From contig VGBH01000004.1 of the NCBI GenBank assembly GCA_016870575.1, forward strand, positions 1 to 56,646: DNA of 56,646 nt, given 5' to 3'. The translations under genes and the position numbers were made by a program. Within the stretch, counting starts at the first letter, position 1. The number at the start of each line of letters is the position of its first letter. Under the pieces are notes generated by a model that was not told the DNA's origin, searched no databases, and worked only from the letters and a program-made list of their open reading frames with translations. The stretch comes from Actinomycetota bacterium (lineage in GTDB: Bacteria; Actinomycetota; Actinomycetes; S36-B12; UBA5976). Of the stretch, positions 21,316-29,962 are shown in pieces.

Positions 21316-23199
21316 ATGACAAATCACTTATTAAATCTTGCTGTTAAGTCACGCGATGAATTGCGCAATATTGCAATCATCGCGCACGTTGATCACGGGA
21401 AAACTACCCTAGTTGATGCGATGTTATGGCAATCAGGAGCTTTTGCTGCTCACAAAGAGCAAGCAGAAGGTCAAGATCGAATTATGGATTCCAATGATTT
21501 AGAACGAGAAAAAGGAATCACAATCCTAGCTAAGAACACCGCAGTTAAACGTGGTGATCGAATTGTAAATATCATTGATACACCTGGTCACGCAGATTTT
21601 GGTGGTGAGGTTGAGCGTGGTTTGGAAATGGTTGACGGAGTCTTGCTCCTAGTTGATGCATCAGAAGGTCCCCTTCCCCAAACTCGATTTGTTTTGCGAA
21701 AAGCACTTCAAAAAAATCTTCCGGTAATTTTGGTAATAAATAAAGTTGATAGGCCAGATGCACGAATTAAAGAAGTGGTAGATGAGGCATACGAATTATT
21801 TCTCGATCTAGATGCTTCGGAAGCTCAGATTGAATTTCCAATTATTTATGCTTCAGCGAAAGCAGGAAAAGCGTCAACTGAAAGACCTGCCGATGGCGCG
21901 ATGCCAAATGCAGAGAATCTAGATATTCTCTTTGAAACTATCTTTAACACAATCCCAGCACCTAGATATCATGAAGGTGCTCCTCTACAAGCACACGTTA
22001 CGAATTTAGATTCATCACCATATCTTGGGCGGTTGGCAATCTGTCGAGTTCGTGAAGGCGACATTAAGCGTGGACAAACTGTTGCATGGATCAAGTCTGA
22101 TGGTTCAGTAGCTAAAGTTAGAGTTGCTGAGTTGTTAATGAATGATGCCCTGGAGCGAGTGCCTGCTGAAAAAGCAGGCCCTGGCGACATCATTACAATC
22201 GCTGGTATTGAAGATATTAGTTTAGGTGAGACGCTTGCTGACTCTGAAAATCCAATTGCACTTCCGCTAATCACAGTTGATGAACCAAGTATTTCGATGA
22301 CAATTGGAGTTAATTCATCCCCACTTGCTGGGCAATCCGGTACAAAGTTAACTGCAAGATTGGTGAAGAACAGGCTCGATGCAGAATTAATTGGAAATGT
22401 TTCATTGCGCGTACTTAACACCGAGCGATCTGACACTTGGGAGGTGCAAGGCCGAGGTGAATTACAACTTGCAGTTCTGGTTGAAATGATGCGCAGAGAA
22501 GGTTTTGAGCTCACGGTAGGAAAACCCCAGGTTGTTACAAAAACTGTAAATGGCAAACTTCACGAACCTATGGAGCGCTTAACAATTGATGCTCCGGAAG
22601 AGTATCTGGGTGTGATTACACAATTGATGGCACTTCGCAAAGGTCGTATGGAGCAGATGGTTAACCACGGGTCTGGTTGGATGCGGATGGATTATCGTGT
22701 CCCTTCACGCGGATTAATTGGTTTTCGAACTGAGTTCTTAACTGAAACTCGAGGAACTGGATTGCTCCACCATGTTTTTGATGGATATGAACCTTGGCAT
22801 GGCGAAATTAAATTCCGGCCCACAGGCTCTTTGGTTTCAGACCGACGTGGTGCGGTTACTTCATATGCGATATTTTCTCTGCAAGAACGAGGAACTATTT
22901 TCGTTGAGCCAGGTATGGAAGTTTATGAGGGAATGATTCTTGGTGAGAACGCACGAGCGGAAGATATGGATGTCAATGCGGTAAGAGAAAAGAAGCTGAC
23001 AAATATGCGTGCTTCTGGTTCAGATGATGCGGAACGTTTAATTCCACCAAAACGTCTGAATATGGAACAGGCACTTGAGTTTTGCCGTGAAGATGAGTGT
23101 GTTGAAGTTACACCAGCCATCGTTCGGATTAGGAAAGTAGTGCTTGATCAAACTGAGCGAGCACGAGCTGTGAATAAAGCTAAACGGGCCAACACTTAA
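21316..23199 (+). CDS. typA: Translational GTPase TypA/BipA
   Basis: [64 protein letters not shown]. Confidence 0.97.
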   Translation: MTNHLLNLAVKSRDELRNIAIIAHVDHGKTTLVDAMLWQSGAFAAHKEQAEGQDRIMDSNDLEREKGITILAKNTAVKRGDRIVNIIDTPGHADFGGEVERGLEMVDGVLLLVDASEGPLPQTRFVLRKALQKNLPVILVINKVDRPDARIKEVVDEAYELFLDLDASEAQIEFPIIYASAKAGKASTERPADGAMPNAENLDILFETIFNTIPAPRYHEGAPLQAHVTNLDSSPYLGRLAICRVREGDIKRGQTVAWIKSDGSVAKVRVAELLMNDALERVPAEKAGPGDIITIAGIEDISLGETLADSENPIALPLITVDEPSISMTIGVNSSPLAGQSGTKLTARLVKNRLDAELIGNVSLRVLNTERSDTWEVQGRGELQLAVLVEMMRREGFELTVGKPQVVTKTVNGKLHEPMERLTIDAPEEYLGVITQLMALRKGRMEQMVNHGSGWMRMDYRVPSRGLIGFRTEFLTETRGTGLLHHVFDGYEPWHGEIKFRPTGSLVSDRRGAVTSYAIFSLQERGTIFVEPGMEVYEGMILGENARAEDMDVNAVREKKLTNMRASGSDDAERLIPPKRLNMEQALEFCREDECVEVTPAIVRIRKVVLDQTERARAVNKAKRANT

Positions 23200-23212
23200 A
23201 TCCTATTTGCCC

Positions 23213-23218
23213 TAAACT
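23213..23218 (+). promoter_or_regulatory. -10 box of a probable leaderless promoter for the antiporter
   Basis: TAAACT, 6-nt spacer, GTG start; no Shine-Dalgarno. Confidence 0.55.
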
Positions 23219-23224
23219 GGCGAC

Positions 23225-24415
23225 GTGGCAAATTTTGTTCAAACTGTCTTGGTAATTCCGCAGGCAACTTCGACTGAATTTGATGCTTATTTGTTAGCTG
23301 AGATGGGTGGCATTCTGCTGCTCCTTGGCATATTAGCTTTTATCGCAACAAAAAATCGTCTTTCGGTGGTGCCACTTTTTATCTTGATGGGGTTGGCATT
23401 TGGTGAAGGCGGTCTAATACCTGTAGGTCTTAGTGAAGACTTTCTTTTCATTGGTGCGCAAATTGGCGCTATCTTGCTCCTACTGCTTTTAGGCTTGGAG
23501 TATTCAGCTCGAGAAATCGGTGAATCATTAAAGCTAGGATGGCGCACCGGCGTATACGACATTCTCTTAAATGCAATTCCTGGTGCCATTGTTGCGCTTG
23601 TTTTGGGTTGGGGAGTTGCTGGTGCAATTGTTCTTGGCGGAATCACCTACGTTTCAAGTTCTGGCATTGCTGCTCAGCTAATACGTGAATCGGGATTTAG
23701 AAAATCTGAAACGGCACGACGAGTAGTTAGTATTTTGGTTTTTGAAGATCTTGCATTAGCACCTTATCTGCCAATTGCCAGCGCTGTTATATCATTATCT
23801 GGGGTATTGGTGGGCGCGATATCAGTTTCGATTGCTTTGGTAGTAATTGGTTTAGTGCTCTTGATTAGTATTAAACGTGAACATTACCTTTCAAATTTTC
23901 TAAATACTCAGGATGCAACTGGTTTATTACTAACCGTGTTTGGAGCAGCACTTCTATTCGCTGGTTTAGCTGAACTAGCTGGTGTTTCCGGCGCAATTGC
24001 TGCATTTCTCGTTGGGTTGTTGCTATCTGGTGATGTAGCAGAGGCAGCAAGAGCACGTCTATCGCCTCTCAGGGATTTCTTTTCTGCGCTCTTTTTTTTA
24101 TTTTTTGGGTTAATTACAAATCCCGCAGACATCATTCGAGTTTTACCAATTGCACTACTGCTCGCAGGGTTGGGAATTGCTGGTAAATTTTTTCTTGCTC
24201 GAATTATGGCAAAAGATATGTCCGACCCGATGAGCTGGTTAAGAATTGGTGCTTTTTTAACTCCTCGCGGTGAGTTTTCAATTGTTATTGCAGGTTTAGC
24301 ACTAAGTGCTCCATTTGCAACTGACTTGCTTCCGATAGTGCTTACTTATGTATTAATTACTGCTTTAACTGGATCTTTGTTGTTAAAGACATTCCATAGC
24401 CGCTTGGATGCATAG
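23225..24415 (+). CDS. Cation:proton antiporter, CPA2 family (KhtU/YhaU-like)
   Basis: About 12 TM; LLLLGLEYS, YVSSSGI, ILVFEDL, PLRDFFSALFF, PRGEFSIVIA. Confidence 0.9.
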   Translation: MANFVQTVLVIPQATSTEFDAYLLAEMGGILLLLGILAFIATKNRLSVVPLFILMGLAFGEGGLIPVGLSEDFLFIGAQIGAILLLLLLGLEYSAREIGESLKLGWRTGVYDILLNAIPGAIVALVLGWGVAGAIVLGGITYVSSSGIAAQLIRESGFRKSETARRVVSILVFEDLALAPYLPIASAVISLSGVLVGAISVSIALVVIGLVLLISIKREHYLSNFLNTQDATGLLLTVFGAALLFAGLAELAGVSGAIAAFLVGLLLSGDVAEAARARLSPLRDFFSALFFLFFGLITNPADIIRVLPIALLLAGLGIAGKFFLARIMAKDMSDPMSWLRIGAFLTPRGEFSIVIAGLALSAPFATDLLPIVLTYVLITALTGSLLLKTFHSRLDA

Positions 24416-24455
24416 CAGTTCAATATTGAAATAGCTGATGTGAGAAGATTTGAAT

Positions 24456-24866
24456 ATGGATGCAATCTACTTGCTTTTTCTACTTTTTCTTCTGGGAACT
24501 GTCTTTGGTTTCTGGTATCAGCAAACCCGTGGTCGCATCAAGCAAGCTGCAAGAAGTTCGCAATCAATTACAGCTATAAGAGTGGGAGAAAATCTAGGCG
24601 AACGAGCGACTTTGCTTCAATTCTCCAGTGCTTTTTGCACTCCGTGTCGGGCAACTAGAACTTTGCTGGGACAAGTGGTTGGCGATTATCCAGGAATCAA
24701 ACATATTGAGATAGATGCTGAATCCAATTTAGATTTAGTTAGAGAACTAAAGATAAGCTCCACACCAACTACCTTGGTGCTGGATGCCAGAGGGATGGAA
24801 ATATCGCGAGCTGTTGGTGCGCCCAAGCGATCAGATGTGGTCGCCACATTAAACACTATTCGTTAA
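24456..24866 (+). CDS. Membrane-anchored thioredoxin-family protein (ThiX-like)
   Basis: N-terminal TM, TLLQFSSAFCTPCR (CxxC), TPTTLVLD; syntenic with DUF4395. Confidence 0.88.
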   Translation: MDAIYLLFLLFLLGTVFGFWYQQTRGRIKQAARSSQSITAIRVGENLGERATLLQFSSAFCTPCRATRTLLGQVVGDYPGIKHIEIDAESNLDLVRELKISSTPTTLVLDARGMEISRAVGAPKRSDVVATLNTIR

Positions 24867-24919
24867 ATGCAATCTTTTTGCAATTAGCGTAATTTTGAAT
24901 CCCCCTTTAAACTTTATCC

Positions 24920-25000
24920 ATGTTTTCTTTAGGGACGCAGTACTTCACCAAGAGGCGAGTAATTGATTTTTGCCGTCTCGCTGGTTCACTGTGTAGTTAG
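24920..25000 (+). CDS. Cys-containing leader peptide MFSLGTQYFTKRRVIDFCRLAGSLCS (Ms5788A-like attenuator uORF), leaderless
   Basis: Translated by hand: ATG 24920 to TAG 25000, 26 aa. TKRRxxDxCRxxxxLC pattern of actinobacterial leader peptides upstream of DUF4395; TAAACT box (24908-13) 6 nt before ATG. Not in the ORF track. Confidence 0.8.
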   Translation: MFSLGTQYFTKRRVIDFCRLAGSLCS

Positions 25001-25041
25001 TTTCGCTCCTCTCTCCCTCAAACAAACTACTAAGGAAAACA

Positions 25042-25506
25042 ATGTCAACAAATATTTCTCAAAACAGTAAATTGGCAACAGGTCGTGAGATTGATGCTAG
25101 AGGTCCTAGATTTGGAGCTCTACTTACCACGATAGTTCTGGCTATCGTTTTAGTTACTCAATCTATTGAATTACTAGCAATCCAAACTGCAGTTTTTGCT
25201 ATTGGTGCGCTAGTTGGACCACAGTATTCGCCATATGCTTACTTGTATCGAAAACTAGTGCAGCCCAGATTACGAGGTCCTTTAATTACAGAAGATGTTC
25301 GCCCGCCTCAATTTGCTCAAAGTGTTGGGTTCATCTTCGGATTAACAGGATTTATTGCACTAGCGCTAAACATTGAACTGCTGTTCATAGTAGCAGTTGC
25401 TGGTGCATTAATGGCAGCTTTCTTGAACGCCGCATTCAACTTTTGTCTCGGCTGTGAAATGTACTTGCGTGGAGCCAAGATAATTAACAGGCTTCGTTCC
25501 AAGTAA
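25042..25506 (+). CDS. DUF4395-family membrane protein
   Basis: IDARGPRFGA, EDVRPPQFAQSVG, AAFLNAAFNFCLGCEMY; TAAGGA RBS. Confidence 0.92.
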   Translation: MSTNISQNSKLATGREIDARGPRFGALLTTIVLAIVLVTQSIELLAIQTAVFAIGALVGPQYSPYAYLYRKLVQPRLRGPLITEDVRPPQFAQSVGFIFGLTGFIALALNIELLFIVAVAGALMAAFLNAAFNFCLGCEMYLRGAKIINRLRSK

Positions 25507-25526
25507 ATCTCGATAGACTGCTTGCT

Positions 25527-25850
25527 ATGAAAATAGTGAGTGGTTTGATTATCGCAACGCTCCTGCTTTCAGCCTGTAGCGCAGAGCCAGTAGCCCGAAC
25601 AACTTTTGATCGCTTAGAGTCCCAAACGATGAATTTGGTCTGTCCTGGCGGAGATGAAGAAGTTAAGCGATATCTAATTACTAAGTCGAGAACCAGCCTT
25701 GGGTCTGTATCCGCAAGCGCCTGTGGCTATCCAAACAGTGCTTCAACATTTGTGGCAAAATCCGGTGGACGTTTTTTAAGATGCCTTAAGGCGATTGGCC
25801 GCAAGATAAATAGCGAGAATGCAGCTGCAATACCAAACACCATTCCTTGA
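25527..25850 (+). CDS. Small predicted lipoprotein; C-terminal half doubtful (possible fragment)
   Basis: Lipobox LLLSAC; TAGACT box 7 nt before ATG. The last 124 nt overlap the nfeD remnant on the other strand. Confidence 0.4.
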   Translation: MKIVSGLIIATLLLSACSAEPVARTTFDRLESQTMNLVCPGGDEEVKRYLITKSRTSLGSVSASACGYPNSASTFVAKSGGRFLRCLKAIGRKINSENAAAIPNTIP

Positions 25851-25990
25851 GTTGCCATATCAAAACCAAGTCCATTTGCTGTCGCTGCCATTAATGCAGA
25901 AAATGCTAAAGAAGCAAAAAGCAAATCAACAGTTAACATCTCAACAATCAACAAAACTCCAGCAGCTGCGAGCCACATCCATAACTGCAC
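25727..25990 (-). pseudogene. NfeD-family protein, 3' truncated (no OB-fold domain)
   Basis: AAGGAGG RBS and GTG; WLAAAGVLLIVEMLTVDLLF...LRPIALRHL...TNVEALFG then TAG at 87 aa, where the soluble OB domain normally begins. No SPFH partner gene follows. Confidence 0.7.
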
Positions 25991-26077
25991 TACTACCTCC
26001 TTAGCCCTTCTGATAATGATACCCGTAATATCTAATTCTGATATTTTTAGTAAATTCGGACAACTACGGCGGGAATT

Positions 26078-26983
26078 GTGGCAAATAAAGTTCAAAAATA
26101 TGTAGCTAAGAGATTTCGCCGCATTATTGCAAACAGCCCAGATGGTGTGCCGCCATGGTTAGAGGCTGTTGCGGCTGGAAATGATGCTGGTCTGTTTTTG
26201 CCTAGCGATGCACCTTGGGTTGTTCATGGCGATCTGGCAACTCTGATTGGTGGGATTAGAGCACTATTAATGCAAGCCCTACATCCAGGCACCTTAACTG
26301 GTGTTGCAACACACTCCCGCTATGAATCAGATCCACTCGGTCGATTAGCTGGAACCACTAGATGGCTAACGGTAACCACTTTTGGTTCTAAAAAAACAAT
26401 CGCTGATGAAGCCAATCGCGTAAATCAAATGCATAACAGGGTTAAAGGTACTTTCCTTACCGGAAAAGGAGATTTAAGAACATATCAAGCCTCTGATCCC
26501 GATTTACTGCTATGGGTACACATTGCATTTACTAATTCTTTTTTAACTGCGCACGAATTGTTTGGCAGTGAATCAATACCTGGAGGATCAGATAATTATG
26601 TTGCTCAATGGTCTAAATCTGTAAATCAATTGAGTCTAACGGAAACACCTATGTCCAAAATAGAACTGAATCAGACTCTGATGAGTTATTTTGAACGCGG
26701 AGAATTAGCGCTCACTGATCAAACAGCTCGCGTAATTGGATTTATTAGGCGCCCACCACTCCCAAAAGTTGCTTCTTTAGTTTATTTCTGCCTTTATCAG
26801 GCAGCAGTTGCTTCCATTCCAAATCCATATCGAGCACTACTTAACCTCAAGTCACTACCGTTGTGGCTTATTCGTCCGATAATGCGGAGTTTTCTTTTGA
26901 TTTTGGCTTTAGCTATTGGTCCTGAATCCCCAATCGAAGAGGCTGCACTAACCCGCTTGCGCCGAATAGGAGCGATACTTTAG
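26078..26983 (+). CDS. Oxygenase MpaB / DUF2236 family protein
   Basis: WVVHGDLATLIGGIRALLMQALHP, DPLGRLAGT, VNQMHNRVKG, YQASDPDLLLWVH. Confidence 0.9.
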   Translation: MANKVQKYVAKRFRRIIANSPDGVPPWLEAVAAGNDAGLFLPSDAPWVVHGDLATLIGGIRALLMQALHPGTLTGVATHSRYESDPLGRLAGTTRWLTVTTFGSKKTIADEANRVNQMHNRVKGTFLTGKGDLRTYQASDPDLLLWVHIAFTNSFLTAHELFGSESIPGGSDNYVAQWSKSVNQLSLTETPMSKIELNQTLMSYFERGELALTDQTARVIGFIRRPPLPKVASLVYFCLYQAAVASIPNPYRALLNLKSLPLWLIRPIMRSFLLILALAIGPESPIEEAALTRLRRIGAIL

Positions 26984-27045
26984 GGATTATGCTCTGAAAC
27001 AACGGCACTAATAGATGTCTGTAAACCATCTAAGTGGGCAACAAG

Positions 27046-27051
27046 TAAAAT
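27046..27051 (+). promoter_or_regulatory. -10 box of a probable leaderless promoter for trhO
   Basis: TAAAAT, 6-nt spacer, ATG 27058; no RBS. Confidence 0.6.
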
Positions 27052-27057
27052 CTCGCT

Positions 27058-27966
27058 ATGCGTGAACCTAAAGTGATTCTTTTCTATTCCTTTACGCCTA
27101 TTGCAGATCCCGAAGCAATCCGATTGCGGCAAAAAAGCTTATGTGAATCACTTGGATTAAAGGGCCGCATATTGATTTCGCCTCACGGCATAAATGGGAC
27201 GCTTGGTGGTGAGATTACGAAGCTTAAGAAATACACACGCGCTACGAAAGAATTTGCAGGATTCAAAAAGATAGATTTCAAATGGTCAGACGGCACTGGA
27301 AACGACTTCCCGCGTTTGATGGTTAAAGTAAAACCTGAGTTAGTAACTTTTAGAACACCATATGAATTAGAAGTAAATGCTAGAGGTGTGGTAAATGGTG
27401 GAAAACATCTAAAGCCAAAGCAAGTTCACAAATTAGTAGAAGAGCGTGGCGAAGAAGTCGTGTTTTTTGATGGTCGTAACTCGTGGGAAGCCAAAATTGG
27501 AAAGTTTAAGAATGCCATAGTTCCAGACACCACGACAACGCGAGATTTTGTCGCTGAACTGGAAAGTGGCAAACATGATCACTTAAAGGATAAACCTATC
27601 ATCACCTACTGCACTGGTGGAATTAGATGTGAAATTTTGTCGTCATTAATGATCAAGCATGGTTTTCAAGAGGTGTATCAAATTGATGGTGGCATAGTCA
27701 GATATGGAATGGAATACAAATCTGATGGGCTTTGGGAAGGGTCGCTGTTTATGTTTGATGGTCGAATGACTTTGGACTTTAGTGAAGACACAAAAGTTAT
27801 CGGTCAGTGTGAGGTTTGCTCAGCTCCAACCAAAAATTTCTATAATTGCGCAAGAGATTTATGCCATCGACTCATCTTGCTTTGTGATGATTGTGCAAAA
27901 TTAGACCCAAACAAAAGTTGCACACATACTGCTCTTGAGGCAAATTCGTCTGAATTAGTTGGTTAA
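27058..27966 (+). CDS. trhO: Rhodanese-related tRNA uridine(34) hydroxylase (UPF0176/TrhO family)
   Basis: [43 protein letters not shown], Cys-rich C-terminus. Confidence 0.88.
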   Translation: MREPKVILFYSFTPIADPEAIRLRQKSLCESLGLKGRILISPHGINGTLGGEITKLKKYTRATKEFAGFKKIDFKWSDGTGNDFPRLMVKVKPELVTFRTPYELEVNARGVVNGGKHLKPKQVHKLVEERGEEVVFFDGRNSWEAKIGKFKNAIVPDTTTTRDFVAELESGKHDHLKDKPIITYCTGGIRCEILSSLMIKHGFQEVYQIDGGIVRYGMEYKSDGLWEGSLFMFDGRMTLDFSEDTKVIGQCEVCSAPTKNFYNCARDLCHRLILLCDDCAKLDPNKSCTHTALEANSSELVG

Positions 27967-28656
27967 TTAAACTTCTGGCATTAGTTCGCGTTTTTCTTCA
28001 CCAGGTAGTCTGCTCAGTAGTGTAAAGGAAATTGCGATTATCTGACCAATTAGCAAAACAACCAAAACTGTTCCCACACCAACTTTTCCACCCAATAAAA
28101 AACCAATTAGTAATGCAAATGCTTCAATTGAGAATCTGATTTTCCATATCTGAATTCCGGTACGTTTGACTAGTCCTAACATCCAACCATCTCGGGGACC
28201 TGGACCCAGGCCACAAGAAATATAAACAGCTGTACCAAATCCAATCAACAATATTCCCACAATTGCAAAAGCAAAATCATAGCCAAGTTCAGTTGGTTTT
28301 GGCAGGACTGATGTTCCGATTTGTAAAACAACTGCAAACCAAACTGCATTTGCAATCGTGCCAAAACCGGGCATAACTTTTAGCGGAATCCAAACTAACA
28401 GAACTAAACAACTAACTATAAAAAAAGCCCAACCAAGTGGAATTCCTAACTGGACTGATAATCCTTGCGCCAGCACAGTCCACGGCGGATTACCCAATTC
28501 TGATTGCACTAACAATGATCCACCGATACCCATAAGTGTTAGACCAAACAAAAGTATTAGTAATCTTTTTGGAGTTAGTGCCCAGAGTGCTGGTGCAGAC
28601 CATGAAGTTTTCGGCACAGATCGAGCTGGAGCGAAGAGTGATAAGAAAAATTTCAA
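27967..28656 (-). CDS. YczE/YyaS/YitT-family membrane protein
   Basis: LGNPPWTVLAQG, PGFGTIAN, LGPGPRDG, GGKVGVGT. Confidence 0.88.
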   Translation of the reverse strand: MKFFLSLFAPARSVPKTSWSAPALWALTPKRLLILLFGLTLMGIGGSLLVQSELGNPPWTVLAQGLSVQLGIPLGWAFFIVSCLVLLVWIPLKVMPGFGTIANAVWFAVVLQIGTSVLPKPTELGYDFAFAIVGILLIGFGTAVYISCGLGPGPRDGWMLGLVKRTGIQIWKIRFSIEAFALLIGFLLGGKVGVGTVLVVLLIGQIIAISFTLLSRLPGEEKRELMPEV

Positions 28657-28811
28657 AAGTTCGTCCCGTTTGTGGTGCCCTGACTAAGTCTAGAACGACA
28701 GTGCAAAAAAATGAACACAGACCAAAATCTATTTAGTTAACTCAATATTCACCTTAACGGGTATCAATTTACTTGGATGTTTGAGGCCCAAGTGGTTATA
28801 TTACCCTCAAA

Positions 28812-29486
28812 ATGGAAAGGCAAAAAATCAAATCCATCCTTGCTGAATTCCTGGGGTCATTCTTGCTTGCAGCAACAGTAGTTGGATCAGGAATTATGGC
28901 AACTAACTTAACTGGAGACACTGGCATCCAACTAATTATTAATGCAATTGCAACAGTCTTTGTTTTATACACAATAATTACTATTTTCTCTTCTATTAGC
29001 GGCGCGCATTTTAATCCTGCAGTTACGCTGAGTTTTTTAATTGATAAACAAATAAAAATAAAGGTAGCAATCACTTATTGGATTATTTAAATTTTTGGAT
29101 GTATCGCTGGAGTAATAACAGCCAATATTATGTTTAATTTTCAACCCATTGAAATATCAGAACAATTTAGATCTGGTTCAAATCTATTTTTATCTGAAGT
29201 AGTGGCAACTGCTGGACTTGTATTGTTAATTCATTCACTAGTTAAGCAAAAGCGCAATGCTGTAATCCCATCTTGTGTTGCGCTATGGATTGGTGCCGCT
29301 TACTTTTTTACTGCATCAACTTCTTTTGCAAATCCTGCAATTACGATTGCGCGAAGTTTGACAAACTCATTTGCTGGAATAAGTCCTAACTCCATATCGC
29401 TATTCGTTCTTTCACAGTTTATTGGAGCGCTGCTTGGATTAATGATTTCGAGATTAGTAAATAGTAAGGTGGATAACTATGAGTAG
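28812..29486 (+). pseudogene. MIP/aquaporin-family channel (arsenic-associated type) interrupted by one in-frame TAA at 29088-29090
   Basis: ORFs 28812-29090 and 29130-29486 share a frame. First NPA (SGAHFNPAV) before the stop, second (TSFANPAIT) after it; the stop replaces the conserved Gln of YxxxQxxG. Confidence 0.85.
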
Positions 29487-29889
29487 AGAGAAGACAACTG
29501 TTTTATTTGTTTGTGTTCACAATGCGGGTAGATCTCAAATGGCCGCTGGTTTTATGTCACACCTAGGTGGCGAATCTGTAGATGTTCTTTCTGCCGGAAG
29601 TGCGCCAAAAGACCAAATAAACCCGGTGGCGGTTGAAGTTATGGCTGAAATAGGAATCGACATCAGTAACAACCAACCAAAATTGTTAACTCCTGATTCA
29701 GTTAAGGATTCAGATATCGTTATAACTATGGGCTGCGGAGATGCTTGCCCGATATTTCCAGGTAAACGTTACGAGGACTGGGTACTTGAAGATCCAGCTG
29801 GCCAGAACATTGAAACAGTTCGCAAGATAAGGGATGAAATTAGAACTCGCGTTACCCAGCTTTTGGCTGAGATTTCTAATCCAAAATAG
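29479..29889 (+). CDS. arsC: Arsenate reductase, LMW-PTP fold, three-Cys thioredoxin-coupled type
   Basis: LFVCVHNAGRSQMA, ITMGCGDACP, WVLEDPAG; overlaps the aquaporin stop. Confidence 0.94.
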   Translation: MSREKTTVLFVCVHNAGRSQMAAGFMSHLGGESVDVLSAGSAPKDQINPVAVEVMAEIGIDISNNQPKLLTPDSVKDSDIVITMGCGDACPIFPGKRYEDWVLEDPAGQNIETVRKIRDEIRTRVTQLLAEISNPK

Positions 29890-29962
29890 AAACTTAGCTG
29901 GATTAAGAATCTACAAACGCTGCAGTGCTAAGATTTAAACAACCTCAATTAGGACTGAGATA

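Noticed and set aside
25646-25670. TGGCGGAGATG resembling the reverse complement of a tRNA-Ser 3' end (possible att remnant)
   Set aside because: Only about 7 nt match the tRNA-Ser(GCT) here and there is no T-arm similarity.
27058-27966. The rhodanese-domain gene as the missing cysA of the DUF4395 operon
   Set aside because: Its motifs (YCTGGIRCE, Cys-rich tail) are those of TrhO/UPF0176, and it has its own promoter box.
28771-28793. ACTTGG…CCAAGT inverted repeat upstream of the aquaporin as an ArsR operator
   Set aside because: Only 6 bp, does not resemble ArsR boxes I know, and no arsR gene is in the window.
21272-29918. AATCTACAAAC found in two intergenic regions (21272-82 and 29908-18)
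   Set aside because: An 11-mer match is expected by chance in 56 kb of AT-rich DNA; flanks do not extend and it is not palindromic.
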